Source of the DNA: Leucoraja ocellata
Lineage: Eukaryota
Assembly (NCBI GenBank): GCA_036785375.1
Contig: JAWMAR010000175.1
Location: forward strand, 2,976,001 to 3,040,000
Direction: 5' to 3'
DNA: 64,000 bases
Every line of letters starts with the position of its first letter. The first letter of the stretch is position 1. The notes under the pieces were generated by a model. That model saw only the letters and a list, made by a program, of their open reading frames with translations, was not told the DNA's origin and ran no database searches. This document shows positions 11,698 through 23,739 of this stretch, piece by piece. A program made the position numbers and the translations under genes.

Positions 11698-11997
11698 TTT
11701 AGATTAGTTTAGAGATACAGCACGGAAACAGGCCCTTCGGCCCACCGAGTCTGCGCTGGCCAGCGATCCCTGCACATTAACACTACCCTACACTGTCAGG
11801 ACTATTTAAATTAATATTAAGCCAATTAACCTACAAACTTGTACGTATTTGGAATGTGGGAGGAAATCGAAGATCTCGGAGGAAACCCACACAGGTCACG
11901 GGGAGAACGTACCAACTCTGTACAGAGAGCGCCCATAGTCAGGATCGAACCCGGGTCTCTGGCGCTGTGAGGCAGCAACTCTACCGCTGCGCCACTG
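11698..11997 (-). mobile_element. HE1-type SINE
   Basis: Minus-strand A/B boxes (AGTGGCGCAGCGG, GGTTCGATCC). Confidence 0.9.
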
Positions 11998-12069
11998 AGC
12001 TTGAATTTAGAGAAATTAATATTCTATTCATGAAATGCGGGACAAAGGAAATGGAGAATTATGTCCAAT

Positions 12070-12520
12070 CAATTGGTCTTGCGGGCTTGAGTTATAGAGG
12101 TGTTGGGAAGGCTGGGACATTTTCCTTCCTAGTGTAGGAGGCTGAGGGTGACCTTATAGAGGTATACAAGATCACAAGGGGGCATGGATAAAGTAAACAC
12201 TCACAGTCATTTCCCCTGGATAGAGGATTCTAAAACTAGAGGGCGTAGACTTATGTTGAGGAGAGAGTGTTAAGAGGGACCTCAGAGACAATTTTTCTCA
12301 CTCAGAGGATGATGTCTATTGAAATTAGTTGCCTGAGAAATCTATAGAGGTGGAATAAAAATGACTTTTAATAGACATTTGTCATTTACAGTATATGGAT
12401 CGCAAGGTTTTAGAGGGCTATGGGGCAATGCAGGTAAATTGGACTAGCCCAGTATGCTAACATGTCTGGCATAGACAAGGTGGGCTGAAGGGCCTGTTTC
12501 ATTCTGTAGTGCTCGATGAT
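12070..12520 (+). mobile_element. Old CR1-type LINE 3' fragment
   Basis: GLSY...DLIEVYKI...KTRG remnants and GGGCTGAAGGGCCTGTTTC tail. Confidence 0.7.
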
Positions 12521-12565
12521 TCTACTTGTCAGGAAAATTAAGGATGTGGAAATTGGCATTTTAAT

Positions 12566-15500
12566 CCTTCAGCCCAGAGACAATCGATTAGATGAACTAG
12601 GTACCAATGTGTGACTATGGGAGTGTGTAGAGGGTCACCTGAAATGAATGGAATTGGGAGTCTGCCGGGTACCACCCGCTGCGTGTAGACCTGGGGCCAA
12701 AAAATGGGTGCTAAATAGACGAGTGAGGTGCCACTTAAATCCACCACCATGGTGTGCTCACTGCCACGCCTGTATCAACAACACAAACGGCAGACATTTT
12801 CCCGCTGCAAAAGGCCCGCCAAAACCCCCACAAAGGGCCTAGAAAATGGGCAAGCATATACACGAGCAAGGTACCACTCAAACATAATGCCAAATGAACA
12901 AGTTGAGTTCATAGAGTACAAAATGGGTTACGCCAGACAAATAGTCAGCTGGTACTACAGGTAACAGACATCCTAGACCCTGCTGTCCAACTCGGCTAGC
13001 CTAGATATTGTGGGTACCAACTAAAACCAAGTTTAAATGATCTATCACACCTTAGGGATATAAATTGACCTATGATAGAACAATTATCTGCTGCATTGGG
13101 CCTACCAGATCCCCTAAATGGGCCCTTGGGCCAATCTAGGCTAGCCTAGATATTAAAGGTGCCCGCTAAAATCAGGTTTAAATGATCAATCACAGCCTGG
13201 GAAATACAAAATGACCCCCCCCCCCAATAAGTCCTTGGCCCCAAGTAGGCTAGTCTAGGTATGAGCTGAGCCAAGTTTATATGATCAACCACAACCTTCG
13301 GCTAGTGAATACAAAATGACTCATGTCAAAAATGTAACCACTTTATCGACCATTTCCACATCAGCCCATTTTAATGAGAAAAGGGGGACAAGAGGCTACT
13401 AGTAGGTATAAACTGTTGGAGCGCCCTATTTGGCTTTTTATATATTTGGCCATTTGGCTGAAGGCGGTGACAAGCTGCAGCCAAACAATATATCAACATT
13501 GGATTGGATGGAATTTTTTGCAGTAACGAATCACTGTTTACGGCTGTTTGAGGTAAGTTGTTTTACTTTGCTACATAGTTATAGTTTGCTATTATAATGC
13601 AGGGTTCAGTTATAGTGTTCACTTTACGTTACAACCAATGCTATGGGCCAATGCCATGCCCAGAGCACATGGCCTGCAGAGAGGTACAGACAATGACTGA
13701 CACGTGGTTAGGATCAAGTATCAGCAAGTGCATATAAAATCCCTGTGGAATTGGTGCAATAAACTATACTCTACAGGGCTGAGTGCAATTTAAGCTGGAA
13801 TATTATGTAATTTGATGGAGATTTATCTTATATAGGGATGGACTTTAATTTGAAAAGCTTACAGAGTCATCTCCCGACTTTAAGAAAAACTACGGAGTGC
13901 CGTATCAGACATCCTATAGTATGGACATAATTGCAATGTCAGTAGTGATGCGGTGAGTGTATGCTTAAAATATTAAACTCAATAATGTTGTTTATTGTCA
14001 GGATCAATTTGTGCGACTATAGGATGTTTTATCTGTGACATGGTCAGCAAATAGATTGCAAATACTTGTTCTGTACTTTATATTCAGTCTCGTGTTTCAA
14101 ATTGTAAGTATGAATTTTGGAACATTTGCAATATTTACTTATCTTATATCACAGTGGAACATTTGCAATATTTACCTCCCTCGATTCATAGATCAAGAAG
14201 ATAATTGCTACAATAATGTGATTTTTTTAATGATTCATAAACTGATAATTTGTTAGTTATGTTTGTTAGGTTTACCACCCTGAAACAAACTAATAAAAAT
14301 AACTTTGATGACCTAGGTTTTTAAAGTTATCTACATTCAAATGGAGGAACAAGCTTTGAAGGAGAGTATTTTTAGTCCACATTGTTCTCCCATTAAAAGC
14401 TTTTTAGTACAGTTCAGGCTAATATTATCCTGGGCAAATGACCAAACCTCTAGTAGTAAGACAATGTACATGGAGTGTCCTGTAAACTGTAATGATGGTT
14501 TACCATTCCATTACACTACTGGGAAATTGTAGCACGCAATGAGCTAGAAATAAATGCAGATGAGCATTTTGGTGCATATTTGTGATTTTTCTTAACATCT
14601 CGATGCGCAACCCACTAAATTTTCCACATGGTTGTGAAGATCATATCATCTATATTAAAACATATATAAAACTTAGAAACAGTTATCAAGCTAATTTTTT
14701 TTCTCATTGCAACAAATGTCCCAGCTGTTCACTTTTTGCCAATTTTGCTAAAGACAACTTCAGACTGCTTTTGGTGCAGTTGTTGGTTTTGAAATGGCCA
14801 CATCTAAGAGCTGAGTAACGGTAGACCCAGTTTTCTTTTCAGAATTATTCTCAGGCAAAAATATTGAAGTACAGAATATGCTATACAATTTGGAGTTAAT
14901 ATCTTTCGAATTTAAAGGTTTAAAGGTTTAATGTATCTATGTAACATAACAAAATAAATGTTTCTTAGGGGTCGGGTTAACATTTGAGTCTGTCATTCTT
15001 TAATGAATCATTCCTTACACTAGTACATTAATAACAAACACAAAAAAATACATTGGGCCATATACAAATGAGCTTGTGACCAACATGTCCATTTTGGACC
15101 ACATGTTTGCCATTGGGCTAAATGTTTGCTTTAAATGATCAATCCCACCTTGGGAAATACAAAATGGCCGATGCCAGAGCAATTATCTGTTACCTTGTGC
15201 TATCAGACCCCCCCCCCCCCCAGTTGGGCAATTAAGGGACTATTTGGGGAGTCTGGTAGGACCAAGGCAATGGATTATTATCCTGGCATGGGGCCATTTT
15301 ATATTTCCTAGGCTGTGATTGATCATCCAAACCTGGTTTTAGCTGGTACCTTTAATATCTAGGCTAGCCTAGGTTGGCCCAAGGGCCCATTTATGGGGTC
15401 TGGCAGGCTCACTGCAGCAGATAATTGTTCTGTCATAGGTCACTTTATATTCCACGTGGTGTGGTAGATCATTCAAACCTGGTTTTAGCTGGTACCCACA

Positions 15501-15955
15501 ATATCTCGGCTAGCCTAGTGGGACAGCAGGGTCTAGAGTGTCCATGTTTGGGGTGTCTGGTAGCTGTAGTGCAGCAGATTATTTGTCTGGCGTAACCCAT
15601 TTTGTACTCTATGAACTCAACTTGTTCATTTGACATTATTTTTTAATGCTCATCTATATGCTAGCACATTTGTTAGGCCCTTTGTCCAGGGTCAGGCAGG
15701 CCTTTAGCAGTGGGAAAAATGTCTGCCGTTTGTGTTGTTGATACAGGCATGGCAGTGAGCACACCATGGTAGTGGATTTAAGAGGCACCTCACTCATTTA
15801 TTTAGCACCCATGGTTTGGCCCCTTGGGGGGTCCCCCAGGTCTACACGCAGCGGGTGGTACCCGGCAGACCGTTCATTTCAGGTGACCCCCTACACACTC
15901 CCGTAGTCACACATTGGTACCTAGTTCATCTAACCTAATGTCTCTGGACTGAAGG
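12566..15955. mobile_element. Long-TIR non-autonomous DNA transposon (piggyBac-like termini) with ~2 kb unique interior
   Basis: 12566-~13216 is the reverse complement of ~15291-15955; termini TTAA-T-CCTTCAG / CTGAAGG; ~140-bp subrepeats inside the TIRs; no transposase ORF seen. Confidence 0.85.
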
Positions 15956-16104
15956 TCTATTTGTAAAATAGTATGATGAAATATAGTTGTAGGAAGAGAA
16001 AATTATATTGGTTGGCTATGATAAGGTTTTGGAAAATGTAACTAGCAAGGTAGGTGTCTGACAATCTAGTATTTTATAAAGCTCCATCAAAAACTATAAT
16101 TAAT

Positions 16105-16306
16105 TCTTCTGCTGTTGTACAGAGCCCTAGTGAGACCACACCTGGAATATTGTGTGCAGTTTTGGTCCCCTAATTTGAAGAAGGACATTCTTGCTATTGA
16201 GGGAGTGCAGCGTAGGTTTACAAGGTTAATTCCCGGGCTGATCATATTGAATGGCAGTGCTGGCTTGAAGGGCCAAATGGCCTGCTCCTGCACCTATTGT
16301 CTATGG
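16105..16306 (+). mobile_element. CR1/HER1 fragment with internal deletion
   Basis: [18 protein letters not shown] fused directly to the 3' UTR. Confidence 0.85.
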
Positions 16307-16341
16307 TCTATAATTAAAATAACAACTTTTATATATATATA

Positions 16342-16654
16342 CTAGACCAAGTGCAGACCCGTTGGGTCTGCTCCCCCAATGGTGTGATCCCCCAACCCAA
16401 TATTCCACCATGCACCCGTCTCCTCCAATGGAACTGAAGCCGTTCTCAAAAGTAAGATTCCAGCACTGCCCTGCCTCTTTAAAAAAAAATCGCTGCCTGC
16501 TGCAGCAGTGAAATGTTCAGTGTTCCTGTCTTGCAACATTGTTTCGAAGTGTGTTGGAAGCTGAGGAAGGAGCAGCCGTCAACGAATCGAAAGGCAGGAA
16601 GGGATCCGTACTGCAGGCGGACTGATTTGAGTTTTATATATATATATAGATAGA
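16342..16654 (-). mobile_element. Non-autonomous Helitron
   Basis: Minus strand: A|TCTATCTATATA start, subterminal hairpin GCAGACCC-AAC-GGGTCTGC, CTAG|T end, no TSD; second copy at 57811-58109. Confidence 0.88.
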
Positions 16655-16717
16655 TATAACAAACATATTCACAAGGATAGAGGGCTTGTTAACATAAAAA
16701 CATGGACAGAAGTTTGT

Positions 16718-17415
16718 TGTTTAAGAAGGAACTGCAGATGCTGGAAAAGGTAGACAAAATTGCTGGAGAAACTCAGCGGGTGCAGCAGCATCTATGGAGC
16801 GAAGGAAATAGGCGACGTTTCGGGTCGAAACCCTTCTCCAGTTGTTTTTCCACCTTTTTTCCCTCTGACAGTAGAGGCAATGAACATTGATTTCTTCAAT
16901 GTCAAGTAAGACCCCCCCCCCCCCCATGCCTACCCCCTTGTCGTTCCTCTGTAGCCCACCCTGGTGTGCACACATTTGCCCACCATCTCCCACCTCCCCA
17001 GTCGCCCTTCTCCTTTCTCCTTCTCCATACGCTCATCTTCCATCCTCTAGTCCCACATTCCTCTTTTATTTCCACCCATAATCCCTCCCTCCAGCTTCAC
17101 ATTGCACTCCTCCTTTCCTCTACTGATCTGACACCTTTTTGTCTCCTTTTCACCTCCAGCCTTTGTCACTTCACCCATTTACCAACTGCCACTCTCGTCT
17201 GTACCCACCTATCACTTGCTAGGCTTTGTCCTATGCCCACATCTCCTTTCCAGCTTTCTTTCCCCTTACTCCATTAGTCTGAAGAGGGGGTCCCAACCCG
17301 ACAAACCCATTGTGTATCCATTGGGCCGACCCCTCCACAGATGCTGCCTGACCTGCTGGGATCATCCAACACTATGTGTTTGGCCTAGGTTCCAGCATTT
17401 GCAGTTCCTCGTTTC
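16718..17415. mobile_element. Composite Penelope fragments: family B arm (minus) and older 3' end (plus)
   Basis: GTTTAAGAAGGAACTGCAG arm 16718-16838; ATGAACATTGATTTC ORF end, pyrimidine-rich UTR, AGTCTGAAGAGGGG core. Confidence 0.7.
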
Positions 17416-17613
17416 CCCAGCAACCTGGAGATTTGTTGGCTTAATGTTGGTCGTGTTAATGTCACCAGAATCTACTGTCAGAAGACTGAGGAGGGGGTAG
17501 AGTGGCAGTAAAAAGCCTGAAGGCCTAGGCCTGTGTGCACTGTGGGATTACAGGCTGAAATCTAGCTCCATGATGCCCCATCTGCTCTGGCAGTAGGGAA
17601 TGGACGTGAAAGG

Positions 17614-17801
17614 TGTTTAAGAAGGAACTGCAGATGCTGGAAAATCGAAGGCACACAAAAATGCTGGAGAAACTCAGCGGGTGCAGCAGCATCTATGGAG
17701 CGAAGGAAATAGGCAACGTTTCGTCCCGAAACGTTGCCTATTTCCTTCGCTCCATAGATGCTGCTGCACCCACTGAGTTTCTCCAGCATTTTTGTGTACC
17801 T
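17614..17801. mobile_element. Palindromic Penelope-derived insert (family B)
   Basis: Arms inverted about CGTTTCG-TCC-CGAAACG; tail on left arm only. Confidence 0.85.
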
Positions 17802-18290
17802 TGGATGTGACAAGTCGCTTGAAAGACCAGAGGAGAGAATGATGGAAGTGGACATGTTTCAGAAATAGAGACAGTGGCATAAGGTTGAGGACAGGTAGTG
17901 TTCCCCTTGGTCCAAATAATGTATTCATGGTGCATATAAGAAGTGGTGCAGTGGTGAACATACATGGATAGGAAAGGATTCATGGATAGGGCTTTGAAAG
18001 TGGTGCTGAAAGCTGATGATTCTTGTCTCAGTGGACTATTTCTGTACACTTTGTACTTAATTTGGGATTATGCCTGCGTGTATTAATAATTTACTGATCT
18101 GTATGAAAAAAATATATAATTTCACTGACATGTGGCAATAAAGAATCATTGATGGTTTAGAGGGATATGGGCCAAATGTGGCAAATGAGACAAGCGTAGA
18201 TAGGCGATCTTGTTCAGCGTGGACGAGTTGGGCTAGTGGGCCTGTTTCCGTGCTGAAGGAAGAAATTCAAGCCCAACCTACAGGTACAGG

Positions 18291-18492
18291 GGCATCATTT
18301 GCGCGTCACGCAGATGGCAGGCGAAGATTTTGTAAATAGCAAAATCCTGGGGCGCCGCGCGTCACTGCCTACGTCACCTGGCACCGTGCGCACGTAATGC
18401 GCACCATCACGTGCGCGGCACAGCGCGCGCGCCGACCGTCGTGACACGTAAATGATGACTCGTAAATTAGGCGCAAATGACGCCCAAGTGGC
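18291..18492. mobile_element. Degenerate GC-rich MITE
   Basis: GGCATCATTTGCGC ... GCGCAAATGACGCC inverted ends; homologous to 3415-3512. Confidence 0.6.
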
Positions 18493-18562
18493 TCGGGCCC
18501 TTGCCTGTGAGAAATGTAACATGATCGTTCTGCGATACTGACGAACTAATACTTGTCTCATT

Positions 18563-18784
18563 GTTTAAGAAGGAACTGCAGATGCTGGAGAATCGAAGGT
18601 TACACAAAAAAGCTGGAGAAACTCAGCGGGTGCAGCAGCATCTATGGAGCGAAGGAAATAGGCAACGTTTCGGGCCGAAACGTTTCGGGTCTGAAGAAGG
18701 GTTTCGGCCCGAAACGTTGCCTATTTCCTTCGCTCCATAGATGCTGCTGCACCCGCTGAGTTTCTCCAGCTTTTTTGTGTAACC
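18563..18784. mobile_element. Palindromic Penelope-derived insert with intact hammerhead core
   Basis: CTGAAGAAGGGTTTCGGCCCGAAACGTT at 18691-18718; direct repeat CTTGTCTCATTGT at 18552-18564 and 18784-18796. Confidence 0.88.
18691..18718 (+). ncRNA. Minimal type-I hammerhead ribozyme core (putative)
   Basis: CUGANGA, stem II GGGU-UUCG-GCCC, GAAAC, palindromic ACGU, GUU site; activity untested. Confidence 0.65.
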
Positions 18785-19627
18785 TTGTCTCATTGTCCTG
18801 TCTGCAGTGTATGAACATTGAAGTTAGTCGTGTATATCTGGAACTGTTTCCTGAACCGTAGGATATTGAGTGTTGTTCGGCAGTCTTTTGTCTTGGATTC
18901 CACAAGGTCATGTTATTTGTCAGCCTTCACCCATCTCTGGACATGTTCTATATCAGTTTCACATATCACTTTCTGTGGCTGTGGCCCGGTAAGTTTCATT
19001 AAGAATCATACCCTCATTCTGTGCCTGTTTGTGGAAAGATGATACCTGTTCCACATATGCCGTATATATGAATTCAAAAAATATTTTGACATTGTAAGGT
19101 TAGCACAATGAGGAACAGCAGTCATTTTTTCCAATTGATGCTATTAGTTTCTTCAATAACAAGCTGCAGTGGGGAACAAACCGGGTTATTATTTAAATGT
19201 AAATGGGTTAGCTCAAAAAGTTTGCCTCCAAACATCTCTTAACCCAAACCAACACTGGACCTATAGGATGGCACGATGGTACAAAGTCCCGCTAGGGCCT
19301 TTAGTTGTTTAGACTCCATCCAGGATATGACCTGGAACATTGAACATGCCTAAGGAGAGGTGTAGACTTTTAATAATATGACAAGTGGAATCCAAAAAAC
19401 AAGACTGATCATTGCAGAACAAGCAATCCATTCCTCTACAGTCTAGGAAACTGTTCCAGATAAACACCACCAACTTCTATGTATATATGGCATTTAATGA
19501 CATTTGGACAGGTACATGGATGTTAAACACAGTTAGGTGGGTGGGTCTATCTTGGATGGGACATCTGGCTTTGTATGGATGAGTTGGGCCTTCAATGCTT
19601 AGCTTTACTTATCATGTGCCAAACTAA

Positions 19628-19925
19628 TGGCCCTGTTCCACTGTGCGAGCTAATTTAAGAGCTCTCCCGAGTTTAAAAAAAAATCAAACAAGTGGAAGCA
19701 CGTAGAAATGTACGTAGCGGGTACGTCGGAGCTTGGGACGTCTCGTAGCGGCTCGTAACGCTAACGGCAGGTACTAGGGAAATGCGGTAAGCTTTTTCAA
19801 CATGTTGAAAAATGTCCACGAGAGCCCCGAGTACCGACGAGCGGCCATTACCGTAATTCTCCGAGTTCGAATCAGAGGAAACTCGGGAGAACTCTTGACT
19901 TAACTCGTACAGTGGGACAGGCCCA
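19628..19925. mobile_element. Harbinger-type MITE
   Basis: TGGCCCTGTTCCACTGT ... ACAGTGGGACAGGCCCA with longer imperfect inverted arms; flanks TAA/TAG. Confidence 0.85.
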
Positions 19926-20335
19926 TAGGTCGGTGGTGGTCTATCCTATAATATCAAAGCTTTAGTATCAGATAGTTGTGGACATCTCACCACATATATT
20001 CCTTCTTGCTGCCACAACAAGCCACAGCCACGCTTGTATTTCCTTCTTCCCATCCTCTTCACATCATTTGTGAACCCGATTTCCACAAGAAACAAACTTT
20101 GTTCCTCTTCCCTGATCTCGCTGGTCTCAACTTGACCAACGCAGACCTGGCCACACCTGGCTGACAACCAATGTAGCCATCCATCACAAAACGTGGTTGG
20201 ATCAATGTGACCTGGTTCATTTCTCCTTTTGATCAGATTAGCACACGCGACATCAATTTGAAGAACAGGGAGATCTTAACAAAAACTAAAATAATTTTTC
20301 AGAGATTGAAGAAGGGTGCCGACCCAACCCACCTG

Positions 20336-20990
20336 AGGTGGAGGTGGAGGTGGTTGCCAACCACAGGTACCTTGGTGTGCAGCTTGACAGTGAGCTGGAC
20401 TGGAAGAGTCATATGGAGGCGGTGTACAGGAAGGGACAAAGTCGACTGTATTTCTTAAGGAGGCTAAGGTCATTCAACATCTGCCAACCCCTACTGTGCA
20501 GTGTCTACCATTCAGTGGTGGCCAGTGCTCTGTTTTTTGCTGTGGCCTGTTGGGGAGAAGGCGCCTGCATAGCGGACAAAAACAGACTGGACAAGCTGAT
20601 CAGGAAGACCGGCTCAGTGGTCGGGGCTGAGCAACTAACGGTCCAGCTGGTGGCAGAGGCCAGAACTCTGAACAAACAAGGTTCAATAATGACCAACCCC
20701 ACTCACCCACTCCACGCCCTGAAGGTGATCAAGAGCAGCATCTTCAGTCAGAGACTGATTGCACCAATGTGCAAAACTGAGAGATATAGGAAGTCTTGTA
20801 TACCAGCTGCTATAAGGTTTTATAATGCACAAAAATAATTTTGGATTTTTTTTAGTATTCATTCATTGTATTTTAACTTATTAAGTATGGAAGCTATCTG
20901 AGGAAACGTGTGGTGTTATGTCTGTCTTGAAGCTGTTGTGGGACTGTAATTTCCTGTAAAGGATTATCAAAGGTTATTCAATTCAATTCC
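20336..20990 (+). mobile_element. Rex1/Babar-type LINE 3' fragment
   Basis: VEVV...YLGVQLD.ELDW...KGQSRLYFLRRLRSF...T.RYRKS.IP.AIR; (ATTCA)n tail. Confidence 0.85.
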
Positions 20991-21223
20991 ATGTTCTCCA
21001 CAGATGCTGCCTGACCCACTGAGTTACTTCAGACTGTGTGCCTTTTGTTTTGTAAACCAGAATCTGCAGTTCCTTGTTTTCTTCAAAAAAAGGGTCATCA
21101 TGAAATGACATACACAAGGTCTTCCATAGCTGTGTGAAAGAGTTATCTAATCAAAGCTTCCCTGCTCTTTCCACTTTCGGCTACATCTGTTCCCCGTGGT
21201 ATTTATTCAACGTACTGTTAATA

Positions 21224-21462
21224 GTTTAGTTTAGAAATACAGCGCGGAAAGAGGCCCTTCGGCCCACTGAGTCCACCCCGACCAGCGACCCCCGCACATT
21301 AAAACTACAAACCTGTGGAGTATGGGAGGAATCTGAAGATTTTGGAGAAAACCCACGCAGGTTATGGGGAGAACGTACAAACTCCGTACAGACAGCACCG
21401 ATAGTCAGGATCAAACCCGGGTCTCTGGCGCTGTGAGGCAGTAGCTCTACCCGCTGCGCTAT
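21224..21462 (-). mobile_element. HE1-type SINE, internally deleted
   Basis: Homologous to 11698-11997. Confidence 0.85.
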
Positions 21463-21686
21463 CATTGAATATTGTAATTCTTGTTCCAGCCATCACTTTA
21501 CAGATCGGAACAACTCATGGAGTAAACACCATATTCCTCACATCCCCTCCGATCTATGACCAAAGTACTCCCTGATTACTGATACGCCTGTAACCAGAAA
21601 TAGCTTTTTACCTGCTGACATTCTCAAACTCCTTCATCACTTTATGCATCTACTGAATCTCCACCCAGCTTCAAATGTATTCTCAA

Positions 21687-22130
21687 GACAATAGACAATA
21701 GGTGCAGGAGTTGGCCATTCGGCCCTTCCAGCCAGCACCGCCATTCAATGTGATCATGGCTGATCATCCCCAATCAGTCCCCCGTTCCTGCCTTCTCCCC
21801 ATATCCCCTGACTCCGCTATTTTTAAGAGCCCTATCTAGCTCCCTCTTGAAAGCATCTAGAGAACCTGCCTCCACCGCCCTCTGAGGCAGAGAATTCCAC
21901 TGACTCACCACTCTCTGTGTGAAAAAGTGTTTCCTCGTCTCCGTTCTAAATGGTTTACTCCTTATTCTTAAACTGTGGCCCCTGGTTCTGGACTCCCCCA
22001 ACATCGGGAACATGTTTCCTGCCTCTAGCGTGTCGAAACCCTTAACAATCTTATGTGTTTCAATGAGATACCCTCTCATCCTTCTAAACTCCAGAGTGTA
22101 CAAGCCCAGCCGCTCCATTCTCTCAGCATA
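21687..22130 (-). mobile_element. CR1/HER1 LINE 3' fragment
   Basis: SYAERMERLGLYTLEFRRMRG...TRGHSLRI...WNSLPQ. Confidence 0.9.
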
Positions 22131-23105
22131 GGACCACTCTATTTTCCCCTGCATTCTTTTGCAGCACCTTTGATCGGCACTAACATTGTATTGTATTGTA
22201 TTCAAATTTATTGTCATTGTCTCAATTTGAGACAACGAAATGAATTTCCCTTACAGGCAGTATCATAAAAAAAATTTAAAAAATCATAAATAAATAATAA
22301 ATAAATAATAAAACATATTAAAAATAAAATTGAAATTGAATTAAAAAAAAAAAAAGCACAAACACAGAAAGTCCACGACACAACATAACATAAATGGCAC
22401 CAAGGTGAGGATGGCACCATAGTCCAGCCAGCCTCCCCTCCGTGTTCATCTGTGCCTTTGAAAGTGGATTAAGTGGTGAAGTGCCTATACAGACCCAAGA
22501 TCTACGTCCTACTGAGCAACCTTTCTCAATGTACGGCATAACAAAGAGTTGGGCTCTGTCCGGGGAGCATTGGTCACAGTTTGGTGGTGGGGTGGGGAAG
22601 GTGCGCTGGGAATTTGAGGCAGGGTCAGTAATGATGTTGCCAGATGGGGCTGTAACTGCTGTTGGGGACTGCTGGGCAAGGTGGTCCTGTCTAACGGTGG
22701 CTGTTGTTTGATTGTTGGAGATGTCTTTGGGTGCCAGGGTCGATCAGGAAATCATCCCCTTCATCAAGCCTCGTCTGACCTTTGTACTTTTCAATGAGAT
22801 CATCTCTCTCTTCTAAACTTAGGAGAATCTAAAGATGGGTCTGTTTGGTTTGTATCCAACAAGCCCACCATGCAAGGAATCACAGAGTGGTGGAATAACT
22901 CAGCAGATCAGGCAGCATCTCTGGAGAGACATGAATAAGTGCCGTTTGGGGTCGGGACCCTTCTTCAGACCCACTATCCATCGCATCGCTTCATTATAAT
23001 CTCTCTCACAAGTATATCCTTTCTTAGGTAAGAAGGCTAGAATTAAAGCAGTCTCACCAGGGCTCGATGCAGCTGACAGGACACTATAACACTACTCGTG
23101 CACCA

Positions 23106-23739
23106 GGTGGCGCTAGCAATGGCTGCCTCGCCAACAGTCTGTCTGTCCCTTCCTTCTCTGTTGTTTGTTTGTATGTGTTAAATGCATGTTTTTAGTGTTC
23201 CTTAGCTTGTTTTATATGTGGGGCGGGGACGGGGGGAGTTGGGGAAAACTTTTTCTAATCTCTTACCTTGACGGAGATGCGATTTTTTTCCGTATCGTAT
23301 CTCCGTCCGCACTGCGGCCTGACATCGCGGAGTTGGCGGCCTTTGCTGGAGACCGACTTCGATAGCGCCACCCCGGGAGCCTGCGGACTTTAGCATCGCG
23401 GAGCCCGCGATCTTTGGTCAGAGACCGACTTCAGGGACTCTAAGTGCAAGAGCTTCAACCGCCCTGACGCGGGAGCTCCGACCGCCGGCTGCCGGAGCTT
23501 CGACTGCCCCGACTACGGATGGTTTGACTGCCCCGACCGCGGGAGACTAAAAGAGGAAGAAGATTGGACTTCCACCACAGTGAGGAGCGTGGGGAATCCA
23601 GTGTGGTGGATGTTTATGTTAACTTTTATCTAGTTGTGTGGCTTGTTGCCTTTTTTGTTAGTATGGCTGTATAGTAATTAGAATTTCACGGTACCTTAAT
23701 TGGTACATGTGACGATAAACTGGCCTTGAAACCTTGAAA
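23106..23739 (+). mobile_element. GC-rich non-autonomous retroposon with Rex1-type tail (unclassified)
   Basis: Same head as 4031; internal GGAGCTTCGACYGCCC repeats; ends GATAAA-(CCTTGAAA)2; 3' half also at 63375-63661. Confidence 0.65.

Noticed and set aside
23106-23140. HDV-like ribozyme at the retroposon head (TGGC-TGCCTC-GCCA resembles P3/L3)
   Set aside because: Could not find matching P1/P2 pairings or J4/2, and the 4031 copy differs in the loop
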